64,000 bases of DNA from Nitrospirales bacterium (lineage in GTDB: Bacteria; Nitrospirota; Nitrospiria; Nitrospirales; UBA8639): assembly GCA_965203295.1 (NCBI GenBank), contig CBDBCZ010000019.1, forward strand, positions 1,824,001 through 1,888,000. The letters are read 5' to 3'. Below are positions 52,428-63,184 of this stretch, one piece after another (position 1 is the first letter of the stretch; the number at the start of each line of letters is the position of its first letter). Position numbers and translations under genes: made by a program. The notes beneath the pieces were generated by a model. It made no database searches. It saw only the letters and a list, made by a program, of their open reading frames with translations, and was not told where the DNA came from.

Positions 52428-53869
52428 CGTGTCTCATCTTCCTGTTCGTCGCCGGGTGTGGAAATCCCATAGCGTTTACATTTTTCCCATAAGGCTTTTC
52501 GGGATAATCCAAGAAGTTTCGAACTCAGCGTTTTGCTCCAATTGGTCCGATTGAGGACCTCAATAATATACTCTGTCTCAAAACGTTCTCGAGCTTCTGC
52601 AAGGTTTTGCAACTTTTCACTAGAAAGCTTTTTCCCACTCAATCCCTCCTGACAGAAGCCACAACTCGAATTGCCTGCCCCACCTAAAAAGGGACAGCCA
52701 TTTTGCCCGCAAAGATCCCACACTTGAATTTCTTCGCGAGCCTGAGCCAGGGCCACGGCCCGTTCGATGGTGTTTTCGAGCTCCCGAACGTTTCCAGGAA
52801 ACGAATACCGAAGCAACAATTCACGGGCTTGCTGAGAAAATGATTTGACATGGTGGTTAAACCTTGTTGAACACTTACCCAACATATTGTCCGACAGAAC
52901 TAAAATATCTTCTCTTCGTTCACGGAGTGGCGGCAATATCACCGGAACCACATTCAATCGATAATATAAATCCTCTCGAAAATTTCCATTTGCAACTTCC
53001 TTTTTCAAATCTTTTTGTGTCGCACAAACAAGACGGACATCGCATTCGATTGTTTCATTTCCACCGACACGCTCAAACTGCCGTTCCTGCAACACGCGCA
53101 AAAGCTTGACTTGCACGACCGGGGAAATCTCCCCGATTTCATCAAGAAATAGAGTCCCTTTATGCGCTAATTCAAATCTACCTATCCGCTGCCGTAAGGC
53201 TCCAGTAAAGGCCCCTTTCTCATGGCCGAACAATTCCGCCTCCAGTAAAGTTTCTGGGAGCGCCGCACAACTGACCTTAATAAGGGCATGGGTATGCCGA
53301 GGACTGTTTCGGTGAATGGCGTTTGCCACAATTTCTTTTCCTGTCCCACTTTCTCCGACGATGAGGACGGTGGCGTCGGTCGTGGATATCAATTTAATTT
53401 TTTCCAAAACCTCCCGCATCCGCTCATTTTTTCCAACAATTCCGTCGTAGATGAATTTTCCCTCTAGCTCCTGTCGGAGTTCCTGATTTTCTTGTCGCAA
53501 ATCAATCACTTGTGTCGCCCGATCAACAGTCAAAAGCAATTCATCCATGGAAAAGGGCTTCGTGATATAGTCATGGGCTCCAAATTTCATTGCCTGAACC
53601 GCCGTATCGACCGATCCATGTGCGGTAATCACGATGACTTCCGTTCCAGGAGAATGCTGTTTGCAGGCTTGGACAACCGCGATCCCATCACTCCCCGGCA
53701 GCCGAAGGTCCGTAATAACCACATCAAATCGACCTATTTTGACCTTATCAATTCCCTCGGTACCCGTGGAGGCTTCATGCACAATATAGCCAACTGCTTT
53801 AAGAGCATCCAAAATGGAAAGTCGCATAAGGGGTTCATCATCGACAATGAGTATTTCTCGTGAAGTCAT
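52424..53869 (-). CDS. Sigma-54-dependent response regulator (REC-AAA+-HTH)
   Basis: ILIVDDE, TDLRLP, GESGTGKE, GAFTGA, LFLDEIG, FPGNVREL, Fis-like HTH. Confidence 0.94.
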   Translation of the reverse strand: MTSREILIVDDEPLMRLSILDALKAVGYIVHEASTGTEGIDKVKIGRFDVVITDLRLPGSDGIAVVQACKQHSPGTEVIVITAHGSVDTAVQAMKFGAHDYITKPFSMDELLLTVDRATQVIDLRQENQELRQELEGKFIYDGIVGKNERMREVLEKIKLISTTDATVLIVGESGTGKEIVANAIHRNSPRHTHALIKVSCAALPETLLEAELFGHEKGAFTGALRQRIGRFELAHKGTLFLDEIGEISPVVQVKLLRVLQERQFERVGGNETIECDVRLVCATQKDLKKEVANGNFREDLYYRLNVVPVILPPLRERREDILVLSDNMLGKCSTRFNHHVKSFSQQARELLLRYSFPGNVRELENTIERAVALAQAREEIQVWDLCGQNGCPFLGGAGNSSCGFCQEGLSGKKLSSEKLQNLAEARERFETEYIIEVLNRTNWSKTLSSKLLGLSRKALWEKCKRYGISTPGDEQEDETR

Positions 53870-56800
53870 TGTACACTCGCGACGGTTAATCGACCGGCCC
53901 CAATGGGTAGACGAACGGTAAACACCGTTCCCTCTCCTACTTCGCTTTCTACCAACAATTGACCGCCATGTCGCTCAACAATACCCAGACTGACCGACAA
54001 TCCCAGTCCGGTCCCCTCCCCTGTGCGTTTGGTCGTAAAGAAAGGATCGAAGATATGGGGACGGATTTCAGGAGGAATGCCCGAGCCTGTGTCTGCTACC
54101 TCGACTTCACAAGCCTCTCCACATCTTCTGATCTTAATGGAAATCTTTCCCCCCTCTGATGTGGCCTGGACCGCATTCAGAATAAGGTTCATGAGCACCT
54201 GCTCAATCATATGAGGATCAACAAAAATGGGAGGCAAATCTGCCTCATACTCCTTTATTAAGGTCAAATTTTTCTCCAAGATTTTGTGGTCGGTCAGCAC
54301 AAAAACACGGTCGGCGATAATATGGAGGTCACTCTTAGTGAGCTCCGGTTCATGCTGTTGAGAGAAGTCAAGTAATTGACGAACAATTTTTTGAGCTCGT
54401 CGCAGCCCATCTTCCATAAATCGTAGATACTCCTCCTGCCTGCCATGAGTGAGTGTGCCTTTGCGAATATTGTACAGGCAGTTCAAAATCCCCCCAAGAG
54501 GATTATTAATTTCATGGGCCACACCTGCTGCTAATTTTCCTACTGAGGCTAATCGTTCGGTATTACGAAATTGCTGCTCCAGATTCTTTCGGTCGGTAAT
54601 GTCTCGCGCAATGCCCAACATACCAGATATTGCCCCTTGGGCATTTTGAAGTGGGGACACGCTTACCAACACCGCCCGTGCTTCACCAGATCGGCTCACA
54701 AATTCCACTTCATACTCCTGCTTACCCTCAATGTCCAAGGTATCTTTCAATCGCCGACCTCGGTGCCGTTTGGCCAATAAGGAAAGGTAAGGTCGGCCAA
54801 TAAGGTCCTCTTTCTGGTAGCCCCAAATGGCGACTTTGCTATTCACATAGGTGAATCGTTGGTCATGATCCAGGGTGTAAATGACATCATTCGCGTTTTC
54901 CAGAAGGCTTTCTAAATACTGTTTCGTTTGTTGGATTTCTTTGGTTCGTTCCTGAACCCGTTCTTCTAAATCCTCGCTATGTTTCTGAAGTTGCTCTTCC
55001 ATGCGCTTCCGTTCAGCAATATCACGAAGTTGAACCATAACTGAAGGAACTGGTTCATTCGAAACACGGATTAAATCCATTTCTACAGCCCGGATCGCCT
55101 TGTCGGCATCATGAACAAGAAGCTCAGCCGTCGGGACCTTCTCCTCTCCAGTCACTACCTGACCTAGGCACTCATGAACCAGCTCATGGTAAGGTTCAGC
55201 AATAACGTCAAACAGCGAGGAGTTCACTAAATCGACTTCTGGATGACCCAAGACTTCCCGCTCTCGTTCATTCACCGCTGTAATGTTCCCATCAGGGTCA
55301 ACCATGAGGATAGAATCCGCAGCTCGATTAAAAAGGACGCGATACTGCTGCTCGGATTGAGAAAGTTGTTGAGTTTGTTCGGCGACCTCATGTTCGAGAT
55401 GAGTCGTATAACGCAGAATTTGCTGCTGGAACATTTTCCGTTCGGTAATATCTCTGACGAACGCCCTCGTATGAATCAGTTCTCCGGATTCAGGATCCAT
55501 GAGGGTCGTCGAGTGAATTTCCACGTCAATGAGAATGCGGTCTCTGGTCACAAAGACGGTTTCGATCGTATGTTGGCCAGGAAGGGGAAGGCGTTCAATA
55601 TAATTCAAGACCTCTGCCTTTTTATCATCAAGAACAATGTCTAACAGATGCATAGCCAACATTTCTTCTAGGGTATACCCAAGCTTGTCCAACTCCGTTT
55701 TATTCACATGCACGAACCGACCAACTTTATCGATTTGATGGATCATTTCAGGTGAGTTCTCGATCAAATCTCGGTACTTTCCTTCCAAAAGACGGATCTC
55801 TCCCATCTGGTCATTCAGTTGAGCAAAGGATTGCTTCAGATTCACCGCCATCTTGTTAAACGCATTGGCTAACCCTTCCACTTCATCACCTGTTGAAATG
55901 GTCAACTGCAGATCTAAATTTCCCCTTCCGATGCGTTGAACACCGTCATGAAGGGACTGAATCGGTTGAACAATTTTGCGAGCAACGATAAGCCCCGCTA
56001 CCCAAAGAATGGCAAAGACGACGACCCCGTATGCTGTCACTTTCACCAGCAATTGGTTGAGGGGCGCATAGGTTTCTGCCGGATCTTGGCGAACAAACGT
56101 GACCCATTGCTTTCCCCCAAAACTCTCAGGTGCCAAATTGCCGCCAAATCGCAAATGGGCAAATCCCACGAGTGAATCCCAAGCGCCGTGTGAATCTTGG
56201 CTCGCATGTACCCATCCAGAGGGCATTGTATTGACAGCCTGCACCAGAGGTTCACGAATCGTATGCTCTTCCAGGGAGAGTAACGGGCATATCAAGGGGG
56301 TCCCATCCAACGCCATCAACATGGCATGCCCCGTGGCACCAACAGTTACCTCTGAAATTGACCGGAACAGGGAATCCCGACGGAGCAAAATACTGATCGC
56401 GCCAACAGCCTCATCCAAACGTTCATTGAAAATAGGGACAGCGACTGTCAGAACATGCGTGCCGTAGGAAGGATCAAAGAAAAGATCGCTGACGTAGGTC
56501 TGTCTGCGTCCCCCATGAAAAACCGCGCGCCACCATTGCGCATCACCATGGTAAAATCTCACTTGCGGACGAGAGCTATGGACTAATGCGCCCTGATTGT
56601 CCGTCACTAAGATAGCTAAGTAATCAGCTTTACGAATCTCATGCCAATCAATTAAATAATTCGTGGCAATTCGGTTGATAAAAACCGGAAATTCATCAGG
56701 ATACTGTCGTTCCCGCCACTGCTTTTGCCACTCCTGAATGAAAGCCTCGATTTCCCCGTGATTTTTACCTTCATAACTCCTATTAGCATCCATAACCGCC

Positions 56801-57060
56801 CCACGGATAAACGGGATCGTTGCCAATTGCTGGGCCTCATTAATACCACGGATGACCTGGGTTTCAACTTTTCTCGCGACTTCAACTGCAATACCCTTGA
56901 AGTTCGATCCAATGGTTTCCCTCAAGGCCCTCCGTTCCTCTAAGTAAGTCAGGAGAAGAGAGAGGAGCACGGGAAGTAGTCCGACTAAGACCATTCCAAT
57001 AACGATCTTACGCTTAATGCTGGGTGACCACTTGAACCGTTTCATTTTGGTAACATGCAA
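53866..57060 (-). CDS. Sensor histidine kinase (dCache-like, HAMP, three PAS, HisKA-HATPase)
   Basis: Two TMs, HAMP ([14 protein letters not shown]), PAS ends [12 protein letters not shown] box, GTGLGL. Confidence 0.93.
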   Translation of the reverse strand: MHVTKMKRFKWSPSIKRKIVIGMVLVGLLPVLLSLLLTYLEERRALRETIGSNFKGIAVEVARKVETQVIRGINEAQQLATIPFIRGAVMDANRSYEGKNHGEIEAFIQEWQKQWRERQYPDEFPVFINRIATNYLIDWHEIRKADYLAILVTDNQGALVHSSRPQVRFYHGDAQWWRAVFHGGRRQTYVSDLFFDPSYGTHVLTVAVPIFNERLDEAVGAISILLRRDSLFRSISEVTVGATGHAMLMALDGTPLICPLLSLEEHTIREPLVQAVNTMPSGWVHASQDSHGAWDSLVGFAHLRFGGNLAPESFGGKQWVTFVRQDPAETYAPLNQLLVKVTAYGVVVFAILWVAGLIVARKIVQPIQSLHDGVQRIGRGNLDLQLTISTGDEVEGLANAFNKMAVNLKQSFAQLNDQMGEIRLLEGKYRDLIENSPEMIHQIDKVGRFVHVNKTELDKLGYTLEEMLAMHLLDIVLDDKKAEVLNYIERLPLPGQHTIETVFVTRDRILIDVEIHSTTLMDPESGELIHTRAFVRDITERKMFQQQILRYTTHLEHEVAEQTQQLSQSEQQYRVLFNRAADSILMVDPDGNITAVNEREREVLGHPEVDLVNSSLFDVIAEPYHELVHECLGQVVTGEEKVPTAELLVHDADKAIRAVEMDLIRVSNEPVPSVMVQLRDIAERKRMEEQLQKHSEDLEERVQERTKEIQQTKQYLESLLENANDVIYTLDHDQRFTYVNSKVAIWGYQKEDLIGRPYLSLLAKRHRGRRLKDTLDIEGKQEYEVEFVSRSGEARAVLVSVSPLQNAQGAISGMLGIARDITDRKNLEQQFRNTERLASVGKLAAGVAHEINNPLGGILNCLYNIRKGTLTHGRQEEYLRFMEDGLRRAQKIVRQLLDFSQQHEPELTKSDLHIIADRVFVLTDHKILEKNLTLIKEYEADLPPIFVDPHMIEQVLMNLILNAVQATSEGGKISIKIRRCGEACEVEVADTGSGIPPEIRPHIFDPFFTTKRTGEGTGLGLSVSLGIVERHGGQLLVESEVGEGTVFTVRLPIGAGRLTVASVQ

Positions 57061-57098
57061 AATCTAACGGTTTTTATAACTTGTTAATTTATAAAGAT

Positions 57099-57127
57099 AT
57101 TCTGTCGATACGCTCTTCGGTTGTCAA
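57099..57127 (-). promoter_or_regulatory. Candidate sigma-70 promoter for the kinase-regulator pair
   Basis: TTGACA-17 bp-CAGAAT on the minus strand. Confidence 0.45.
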
Positions 57128-57152
57128 GAAGAGGTAACGTGCGGAAGTGGGG

Positions 57153-58073
57153 TCAACGGCCTCGGCTCAGGAGACGCCCTTGAGAACCAGGCCAAATGAT
57201 CAGGAGGGGGCTTGCGACAAAGACCGATGAGTAGGTCCCTATAATGACACCTAACAGCAAAGCGAGTGCAAAATCGTGGAGGACTTCTCCTCCAAAAATG
57301 GTTAAGGGAATTAATACCAAGACCACGGTAATGGTGGTAATCAACGTTCGACTTAACACCTGGTTGATGCCGTTATTGATGATGGTAGAAATAGGATCTC
57401 GTCGACGACCACGAAGGTTTTCTCGGATTCGATCAAACACCACGACTGTATCCGTCAGTGAATATCCAGCAAGGGTCAGCAAAGCCGTGACGACTAACAG
57501 AGTAATTTCTCTATCCAAGATATGGTAAATACCGAGAACCGCTAAGACATCGTGGAAGATGGCGACAGCAGCGGCCACGCCAAAACGGAGTTCAAAACGG
57601 GAAGCAACGTAAATAATGATTCCAATGAGAGAGATAGTGATCGCAATCAGGGCATCTTGTTGCAATCGTTTCCCAATCGTTGGCCCAATGGAGGTACTCG
57701 AATCCACGACAAAGGTAAAATCTCGGAATTCCTCTTGAAACACTTGAACAATTTTCTCAGCAATACTCTCTTCAATGGTCGTCCCGGTCTTCACCCTCAC
57801 TAACAATTTATTGTCTTGGGTAAATTCTTGAAGTTCAGCATCCCCCAATCCTCGACCCGCTAGAGCCTTCCTCGCTTCTTCAATCTGAATGGGTTTATCG
57901 AATTTTAGTTGGACCGCGGTTCCACCAACAAAATCAATTCCGAGGTTCGCCGTCCCCCACCCGATTTGAAGAAGAGCGATAATCCCCAGAAAAACCAGCA
58001 GGCCAGAAAAAGCAAAGGCCATGTTCCTCTTGCTCATAAAATCAATGTTCGTTTTTCCAAGGATTTCAAACAT
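57153..58073 (-). CDS. secF: Protein translocase subunit SecF
   Basis: LGIDFVGG, FHDV, GYSLTDTVVVFDRIRE, GTYSSVF. Confidence 0.96.
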   Translation of the reverse strand: MFEILGKTNIDFMSKRNMAFAFSGLLVFLGIIALLQIGWGTANLGIDFVGGTAVQLKFDKPIQIEEARKALAGRGLGDAELQEFTQDNKLLVRVKTGTTIEESIAEKIVQVFQEEFRDFTFVVDSSTSIGPTIGKRLQQDALIAITISLIGIIIYVASRFELRFGVAAAVAIFHDVLAVLGIYHILDREITLLVVTALLTLAGYSLTDTVVVFDRIRENLRGRRRDPISTIINNGINQVLSRTLITTITVVLVLIPLTIFGGEVLHDFALALLLGVIIGTYSSVFVASPLLIIWPGSQGRLLSRGR

Positions 58074-58105
58074 AACTCTTTTTCCTCAAGATGAACCAGA
58101 AGAGA

Positions 58106-59743
58106 TCAAATGCTCAGAGTCTGGAGCTTTTGGCGATTGATGATATCGAATACGACTTTCGTTCCCACCAACGCGGTGAATAAATTGATCGTAATACCCA
58201 AGCACAGAGTGACAGCAAATCCTTTAATCGGTCCCGTTCCAAAGAGAAATAGGGCTAATCCAGTAATGAGAGTGGTCACGTGAGAGTCCACAATGGTCAG
58301 AAACGCCTTTTCATAGCCACTATCAACCGCCAAACGAACAGACTGGCCTTGACGGAGTTCCTCCCGAATTCGCTCAAAAATCAGCACATTGGAATCCACA
58401 CCCATACCAATGGTAAGAATGATGCCCGCTATTCCAGGCAAGGTTAACGTCGCATTCAGTCCTGAAAGAGCTCCTAACAAGGCAAGCAGGTTCAAGGCTA
58501 TGGCGAAATCCGCGATGACACCGGACAAACGATAGTACACGACCATAAAGACAATGACCAATACTGCAGCGATCAACATAGAGTTGAAGCCTTTTTCAAT
58601 AGAATCCTTTCCCAATGAGGGTCCTACTGTTAAGTCCTGAAGCGTTTTCATAGGAGCTGGAAGGGCCCCAGCCCGAAGAACGATCGCCAGATCATTGGCT
58701 TCTTCAGTCGTAAACGACCCTATGATTTGGGCACGCCCTCCACTTATTCGTTCATTGATAACCGGAGCAGAATAGACGGTATTATCGAGAACAATGGCCA
58801 TCCGCTTTCCCACATTGGCTTGAGTTATGCGATCAAATTCCCTCGCACCTTTACTATCAAACGTGAGGGAAACGTAGGGCTCATTAAAATCACCAATAGA
58901 AACCCTCGCATCTTGCAAGACATCCCCTGTCAGCACGGCTCCTTGTCTTACTAAATAGGGACTGCTATAGGCTGTCTTGCCCTCCTCCACAGGAAAATGT
59001 TCAAAGAGGATCTCAGACTCTTCCGGTAAACGCCCTTCAAAATCCTCCAAGACGGTCTTTTCTTGGCCCCTTTCCACCTGAGGAGGAAGCTTCAATCTTA
59101 CTTCACTGGTTTCGTCCAGCATCTTGAATTCAAGAAGGGCTGTGTCTTGAATGAGAGACTTAGCACGTTTGGGGTCTTTGACGCCGGGTAATTGAACAAC
59201 CAATTGGGTACGTCCCTGCCGCTGGATTAGTGGTTCTGCCACCCCGAACTGATCGATTCGATTTCGGATCGTTTCTAAGGCTTGGTTCATCGCGGAATTT
59301 TTTATCCGATCAATCTCTGAACTTCTGAGTTCATACAGTAATTCATTTCCTTCCCCTGATTCTTTGACAAAAGAAGGAAAGGCTTCATCGAGTTCCTTGG
59401 CAACTTGATCAAGTAGACCTGAATCGGAAATCACCACATGAACCTTTGTCGAATCCACCCGTTTCACTTCATCCAGGGCAATATCCTTATCCACAAACAG
59501 ATCCTGAACTGCTCTGGCAGTTCGGTCCACTGCGATTTCTACGGCGCGTTTTTCCTCAACTTCCAAAACGAGATGGATTCCACCTTGCAAGTCCAATCCG
59601 AGAGCTATTCCTCGCTCCGGAAGGACGATCTTCACCCAACCAGGCAGTTGCCTATAGAACTCTGGCCAAGAAGGGAAGGACAAGAGGATAGAAACCAGCG
59701 CAAGCATGAAAAGCGCAAAAAGCCGGACACCAACTTTTTTCAT
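58106..59743 (-). CDS. secD: Protein translocase subunit SecD
   Basis: LGLDLQGG, RIDQFGVAEP, LRAGALPAP, VDSNVLIFERIREE, GTGPIKGFA. Confidence 0.96.
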   Translation of the reverse strand: MKKVGVRLFALFMLALVSILLSFPSWPEFYRQLPGWVKIVLPERGIALGLDLQGGIHLVLEVEEKRAVEIAVDRTARAVQDLFVDKDIALDEVKRVDSTKVHVVISDSGLLDQVAKELDEAFPSFVKESGEGNELLYELRSSEIDRIKNSAMNQALETIRNRIDQFGVAEPLIQRQGRTQLVVQLPGVKDPKRAKSLIQDTALLEFKMLDETSEVRLKLPPQVERGQEKTVLEDFEGRLPEESEILFEHFPVEEGKTAYSSPYLVRQGAVLTGDVLQDARVSIGDFNEPYVSLTFDSKGAREFDRITQANVGKRMAIVLDNTVYSAPVINERISGGRAQIIGSFTTEEANDLAIVLRAGALPAPMKTLQDLTVGPSLGKDSIEKGFNSMLIAAVLVIVFMVVYYRLSGVIADFAIALNLLALLGALSGLNATLTLPGIAGIILTIGMGVDSNVLIFERIREELRQGQSVRLAVDSGYEKAFLTIVDSHVTTLITGLALFLFGTGPIKGFAVTLCLGITINLFTALVGTKVVFDIINRQKLQTLSI

Positions 59744-59761
59744 TCAGGATGTCTCCACAAT

Positions 59762-60088
59762 CTATTTTTCATCACTGGGTCGCAACCGAGCAATATTATC
59801 CCGCTGGATTCTGATCTTCGTATTATCGGCAATCTGTATCGTCGCGGTTTCTTTATCTAAGTTGGTAATGGTTCCCCAAATACCCGAAGAGGTGATAATT
59901 TTGTCCCCCTTTTTAAGTGCATTCAGCATTTCCTTTTGCTGCTTTTTACTGCGCTGCTGTGGCAAGATCAATAAGAAATAAAAAATGACAAAAATCAGTA
60001 AGAAAGGCACAAAGGAAAGAAGAGGGGATGAGCTTTCTGCCCCACCATTTCCTGCCTGTGCCCATGCTAACGATGAAGCTAAGAGCAT
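59762..60088 (-). CDS. yajC: Preprotein translocase subunit YajC
   Basis: FYFLLILPQQ, LKKGDKIITSSGI; tgt-yajC-secDF synteny. Confidence 0.93.
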   Translation of the reverse strand: MLLASSLAWAQAGNGGAESSSPLLSFVPFLLIFVIFYFLLILPQQRSKKQQKEMLNALKKGDKIITSSGIWGTITNLDKETATIQIADNTKIRIQRDNIARLRPSDEK

Positions 60089-61278
60089 TCTTCACTCCCT
60101 TTTAATTCAGAAGAAATTTGGTGGCGATTTCTAGACCCGATACTGACCATGGATGCATTCATTGGAGCGGAAGAAGACTCTCTCCTGTTTTCATAAAAGC
60201 GTGCCTGAAATTCCCGAAGACGGTTTTCTCGGATAGCCAAACGAAGTTGAGCCATGAGATTGGCATAAAACCACAGATTATGGAGGGTATTCAGCCTAGA
60301 TCCGAGCATTTCATTTGAGACGAATAAATGCCGGAGGTAAGCACGGGAATACCGGCTACAGACAGGGCATCCACACTGAGGGTCAATTGGAGAATCATCA
60401 CGAGCATATTGAGCATTTTTTATGAGGACACGGCCAGTTGTTGTAAATAGCCATCCTGTCCTCCCATGCCTGCTCGGGATCACACAATCAAACAAATCAA
60501 TGCCGTGATAGACCCCCTCCACTAAATCTTCTGGCAACCCAACACCCATCAGGTACCGTGGTTTATCCTTGGGGAGCTCGTTTACGGTACCCTCGATAAT
60601 AGCAAACATCCTCGTTTTCTCTTCCCCGAGAGAAAGTCCGCCAAGTGCATATCCATCAAAGCCGATGTTGACGAGTTCTTGTGCAGCGTGCCGACGTAGA
60701 TTTTCCTCAAGGCCACCTTGAATAATGCCAAACAAAGCCTGATCGCTACCTCCAACCATCTTCAGACAACGTTGGGCCCATCGAGTACTTCGAAGGACAG
60801 CCGTGCGAGCTTGCTCAAACGTGCAAGGATAAGGAGGACATTCGTCCAAGACCATCATGATATCAGACTTCAACGAAAGCTGGATTTCCATACAGAGCTC
60901 GGGAGTCAAATGGTGAAGCGATCCATCCAAGTGCGACTTAAAACAGACGCCTTCGTCGGTCACCTTACAAAAATTCCCAAGGCTGACCACTTGAAAACCT
61001 CCACTGTCGGTTAGCACCGCACCAGACCAGCCAGTAAACTGATGCAACCCACCTTGCTCGGCAATCAGTTGATGACCAGGACGCAAATATAAATGGTAGG
61101 CATTGCTCAACATGATATTGAATCCACAGGCCTGCAATTCTTCTGCACCGATACCTTTCACTGTTCCCAAGGAACCCACTGGCATAAAAGCAGGGGTATC
61201 CACAGCCGCATGAAGAGTCTTCAGCAGGCCAACTCGAGCAGCCCCTGAGCTATCGGTATGTGTCACAGAAAAACTCAT
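60079..61278 (-). CDS. tgt: tRNA-guanine transglycosylase
   Basis: TPAFMPVG, LTDSGGFQV, PRYLMGVG, DCVIP, CGCPVC, HNL. Confidence 0.96.
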   Translation of the reverse strand: MSFSVTHTDSSGAARVGLLKTLHAAVDTPAFMPVGSLGTVKGIGAEELQACGFNIMLSNAYHLYLRPGHQLIAEQGGLHQFTGWSGAVLTDSGGFQVVSLGNFCKVTDEGVCFKSHLDGSLHHLTPELCMEIQLSLKSDIMMVLDECPPYPCTFEQARTAVLRSTRWAQRCLKMVGGSDQALFGIIQGGLEENLRRHAAQELVNIGFDGYALGGLSLGEEKTRMFAIIEGTVNELPKDKPRYLMGVGLPEDLVEGVYHGIDLFDCVIPSRHGRTGWLFTTTGRVLIKNAQYARDDSPIDPQCGCPVCSRYSRAYLRHLFVSNEMLGSRLNTLHNLWFYANLMAQLRLAIRENRLREFQARFYENRRESSSAPMNASMVSIGSRNRHQISSELKGSEECS

Positions 61279-61304
61279 TATGAAACCGAGCAGACTTCAC
61301 CACG

Positions 61305-63068
61305 TTACATTTTTTCTGGAGTTGACACGCCAAGAAGTCTCAATCCATTTCGAATCACAGTCTGAACCTGGCGTAGCAGAACTAATCGAGCTGCGGTGAC
61401 CTGAAGTGAAAGCGTTTCTGAACCTTGGGAAGATTCTCGGGTTGTCTCTTCCATCATTCCACCACCCTCTTCATCGCACTCTCCCCCATCACGTGGTGGA
61501 AGCACACAATATTTGTAATAAAAAGCATGAAGGAGTGCAGCCAGTTCTTGCAGATAAAAGATGACCCGATGTGGTTCCAGAGCCCGTGCACACCCAAAAA
61601 CCATGGCAGGATATTGGGACAGGCATTTGATCAGACGAAGCTCTTCAGCCTTTTCCAAAAAAGTCAGATCGGCCTCCTGAACCGACGGTACCGTCAACCC
61701 TCTTTCCTCGGCATTTCGAAAAAGACTCGCAAGTCTGGCATAAGCATATTGCACATAATACACCGGATTTTCAGCTGATTGTTTTTTTGCCAATTCCAGA
61801 TCGAAATCCAAGTGAGTATCAGCACGTCGCATGAGAAAAAAAAAGCGAGCTGCATCAGCGCTCACTTCCTCTATGACTTCCCGCAACGTGACAAACTCTC
61901 CAGCCCGTTTAGACATCTCTATCTTTTTTCCATCTCGCAGCAAACTTACCATTTGGACTAAGACCACCTGAAACCGTTCTTTGGGATGTCCAAAAGCCTG
62001 CAATGTCCCCTGAATTCTCGGAATGTAGCCATGATGGTCGGCCCCCCAAACGTTGATTAATTCATCATAGCCACGCTCAAGCTTATCCTGATGATACGCG
62101 ATATCTGTTGCTAAATAGGTATAATCTCCATCCTGTTTCAATACGACCCGATCTTTTTCATCCTGAAACTGCGTGGAACGGAACCAAAGGGCTCCATCTT
62201 TTTCAAAGACCAAATCCTTTTTCTTCAACATCTCAAGGGCGTGATGAACTTTTCCTGACGAAAAGAGCGAATTTTCACTGTACCAAACATCGAATGTCAC
62301 CCCAAAGGCATCGAGGTCTTCCTTCAGGGTTTGTAAGAGTTCCTCATAAGCCAAACGGCCACAAGTTGCTAGCGCTTTGTCAAGAGGTTGTTCCAATAAA
62401 CTCGAACCTTCCTTCTCACAAATATGCTTGGCCACAGTTCGAATATAATCCCCTTGATACCCATCATCAGGAAAGACAACGGCTTTTCCCAATAGTTCCT
62501 GGTACCGTGCAAAGACAGAGTCAGCCAACAACTTCATTTGTCGTCCAGCATCATTAATGTAAAATTCTCGTTTCACCACAAAACCGGCAGCCTGTAATAC
62601 CCTAGCCAACGCATCACCTAGTGCGGCTCCACGACCATGACCCGCATGTAAAGGGCCTGTTGGGTTGGCACTGACATATTCCAAAAGGACACTTTTCCCT
62701 TGACCCATTTCATTCCACCCATAGGCTTCGCCTTTTTCTTCAATCTCTCGTAAGACAGCAAACCAAAGCTCGCGGTGAATCGTGAAATTCAAAAAACCAG
62801 GAGCGACGACGTCCACCCGAATGATCAAGGTCGAGACGTCTCGCAAACAAGATGCAAGAAGTTCTGCCACTGCCTGAGGAGATCGCTTTTCCTCTTTGGC
62901 CAGAGCAAGTGCAATGGTTGAAGAAAAATCGCCCCATTCATCTCGCTTGGGTACTTCTATTGTAATAGGAGGGAACTTTTCACAGGTCAGCAAACCACGC
63001 ACCTTGGCTTGCTCTAAGGCTGCCCCTACCGCAACGAAGATTTGCTCTTGAACAATTCCCATAGTCAT
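61305..63068 (-). CDS. argS: Arginine--tRNA ligase
   Basis: EYVSANPTGPLHAGH, INDAG.Q, GADHHGY, MSKRAG, NPVYYVQYA. Confidence 0.96.
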   Translation of the reverse strand: MTMGIVQEQIFVAVGAALEQAKVRGLLTCEKFPPITIEVPKRDEWGDFSSTIALALAKEEKRSPQAVAELLASCLRDVSTLIIRVDVVAPGFLNFTIHRELWFAVLREIEEKGEAYGWNEMGQGKSVLLEYVSANPTGPLHAGHGRGAALGDALARVLQAAGFVVKREFYINDAGRQMKLLADSVFARYQELLGKAVVFPDDGYQGDYIRTVAKHICEKEGSSLLEQPLDKALATCGRLAYEELLQTLKEDLDAFGVTFDVWYSENSLFSSGKVHHALEMLKKKDLVFEKDGALWFRSTQFQDEKDRVVLKQDGDYTYLATDIAYHQDKLERGYDELINVWGADHHGYIPRIQGTLQAFGHPKERFQVVLVQMVSLLRDGKKIEMSKRAGEFVTLREVIEEVSADAARFFFLMRRADTHLDFDLELAKKQSAENPVYYVQYAYARLASLFRNAEERGLTVPSVQEADLTFLEKAEELRLIKCLSQYPAMVFGCARALEPHRVIFYLQELAALLHAFYYKYCVLPPRDGGECDEEGGGMMEETTRESSQGSETLSLQVTAARLVLLRQVQTVIRNGLRLLGVSTPEKM

Positions 63069-63184
63069 GCTGAGTCGTCCAAATCAAAAGCCATCAGAAC
63101 CTCTCCCAAATGGGGTCGGAATCTAGCATAGGCCCTTCAAGGCTGGCAAGCAAAGATACACTTCTCTGTTTCTGAGAAAAGTCA

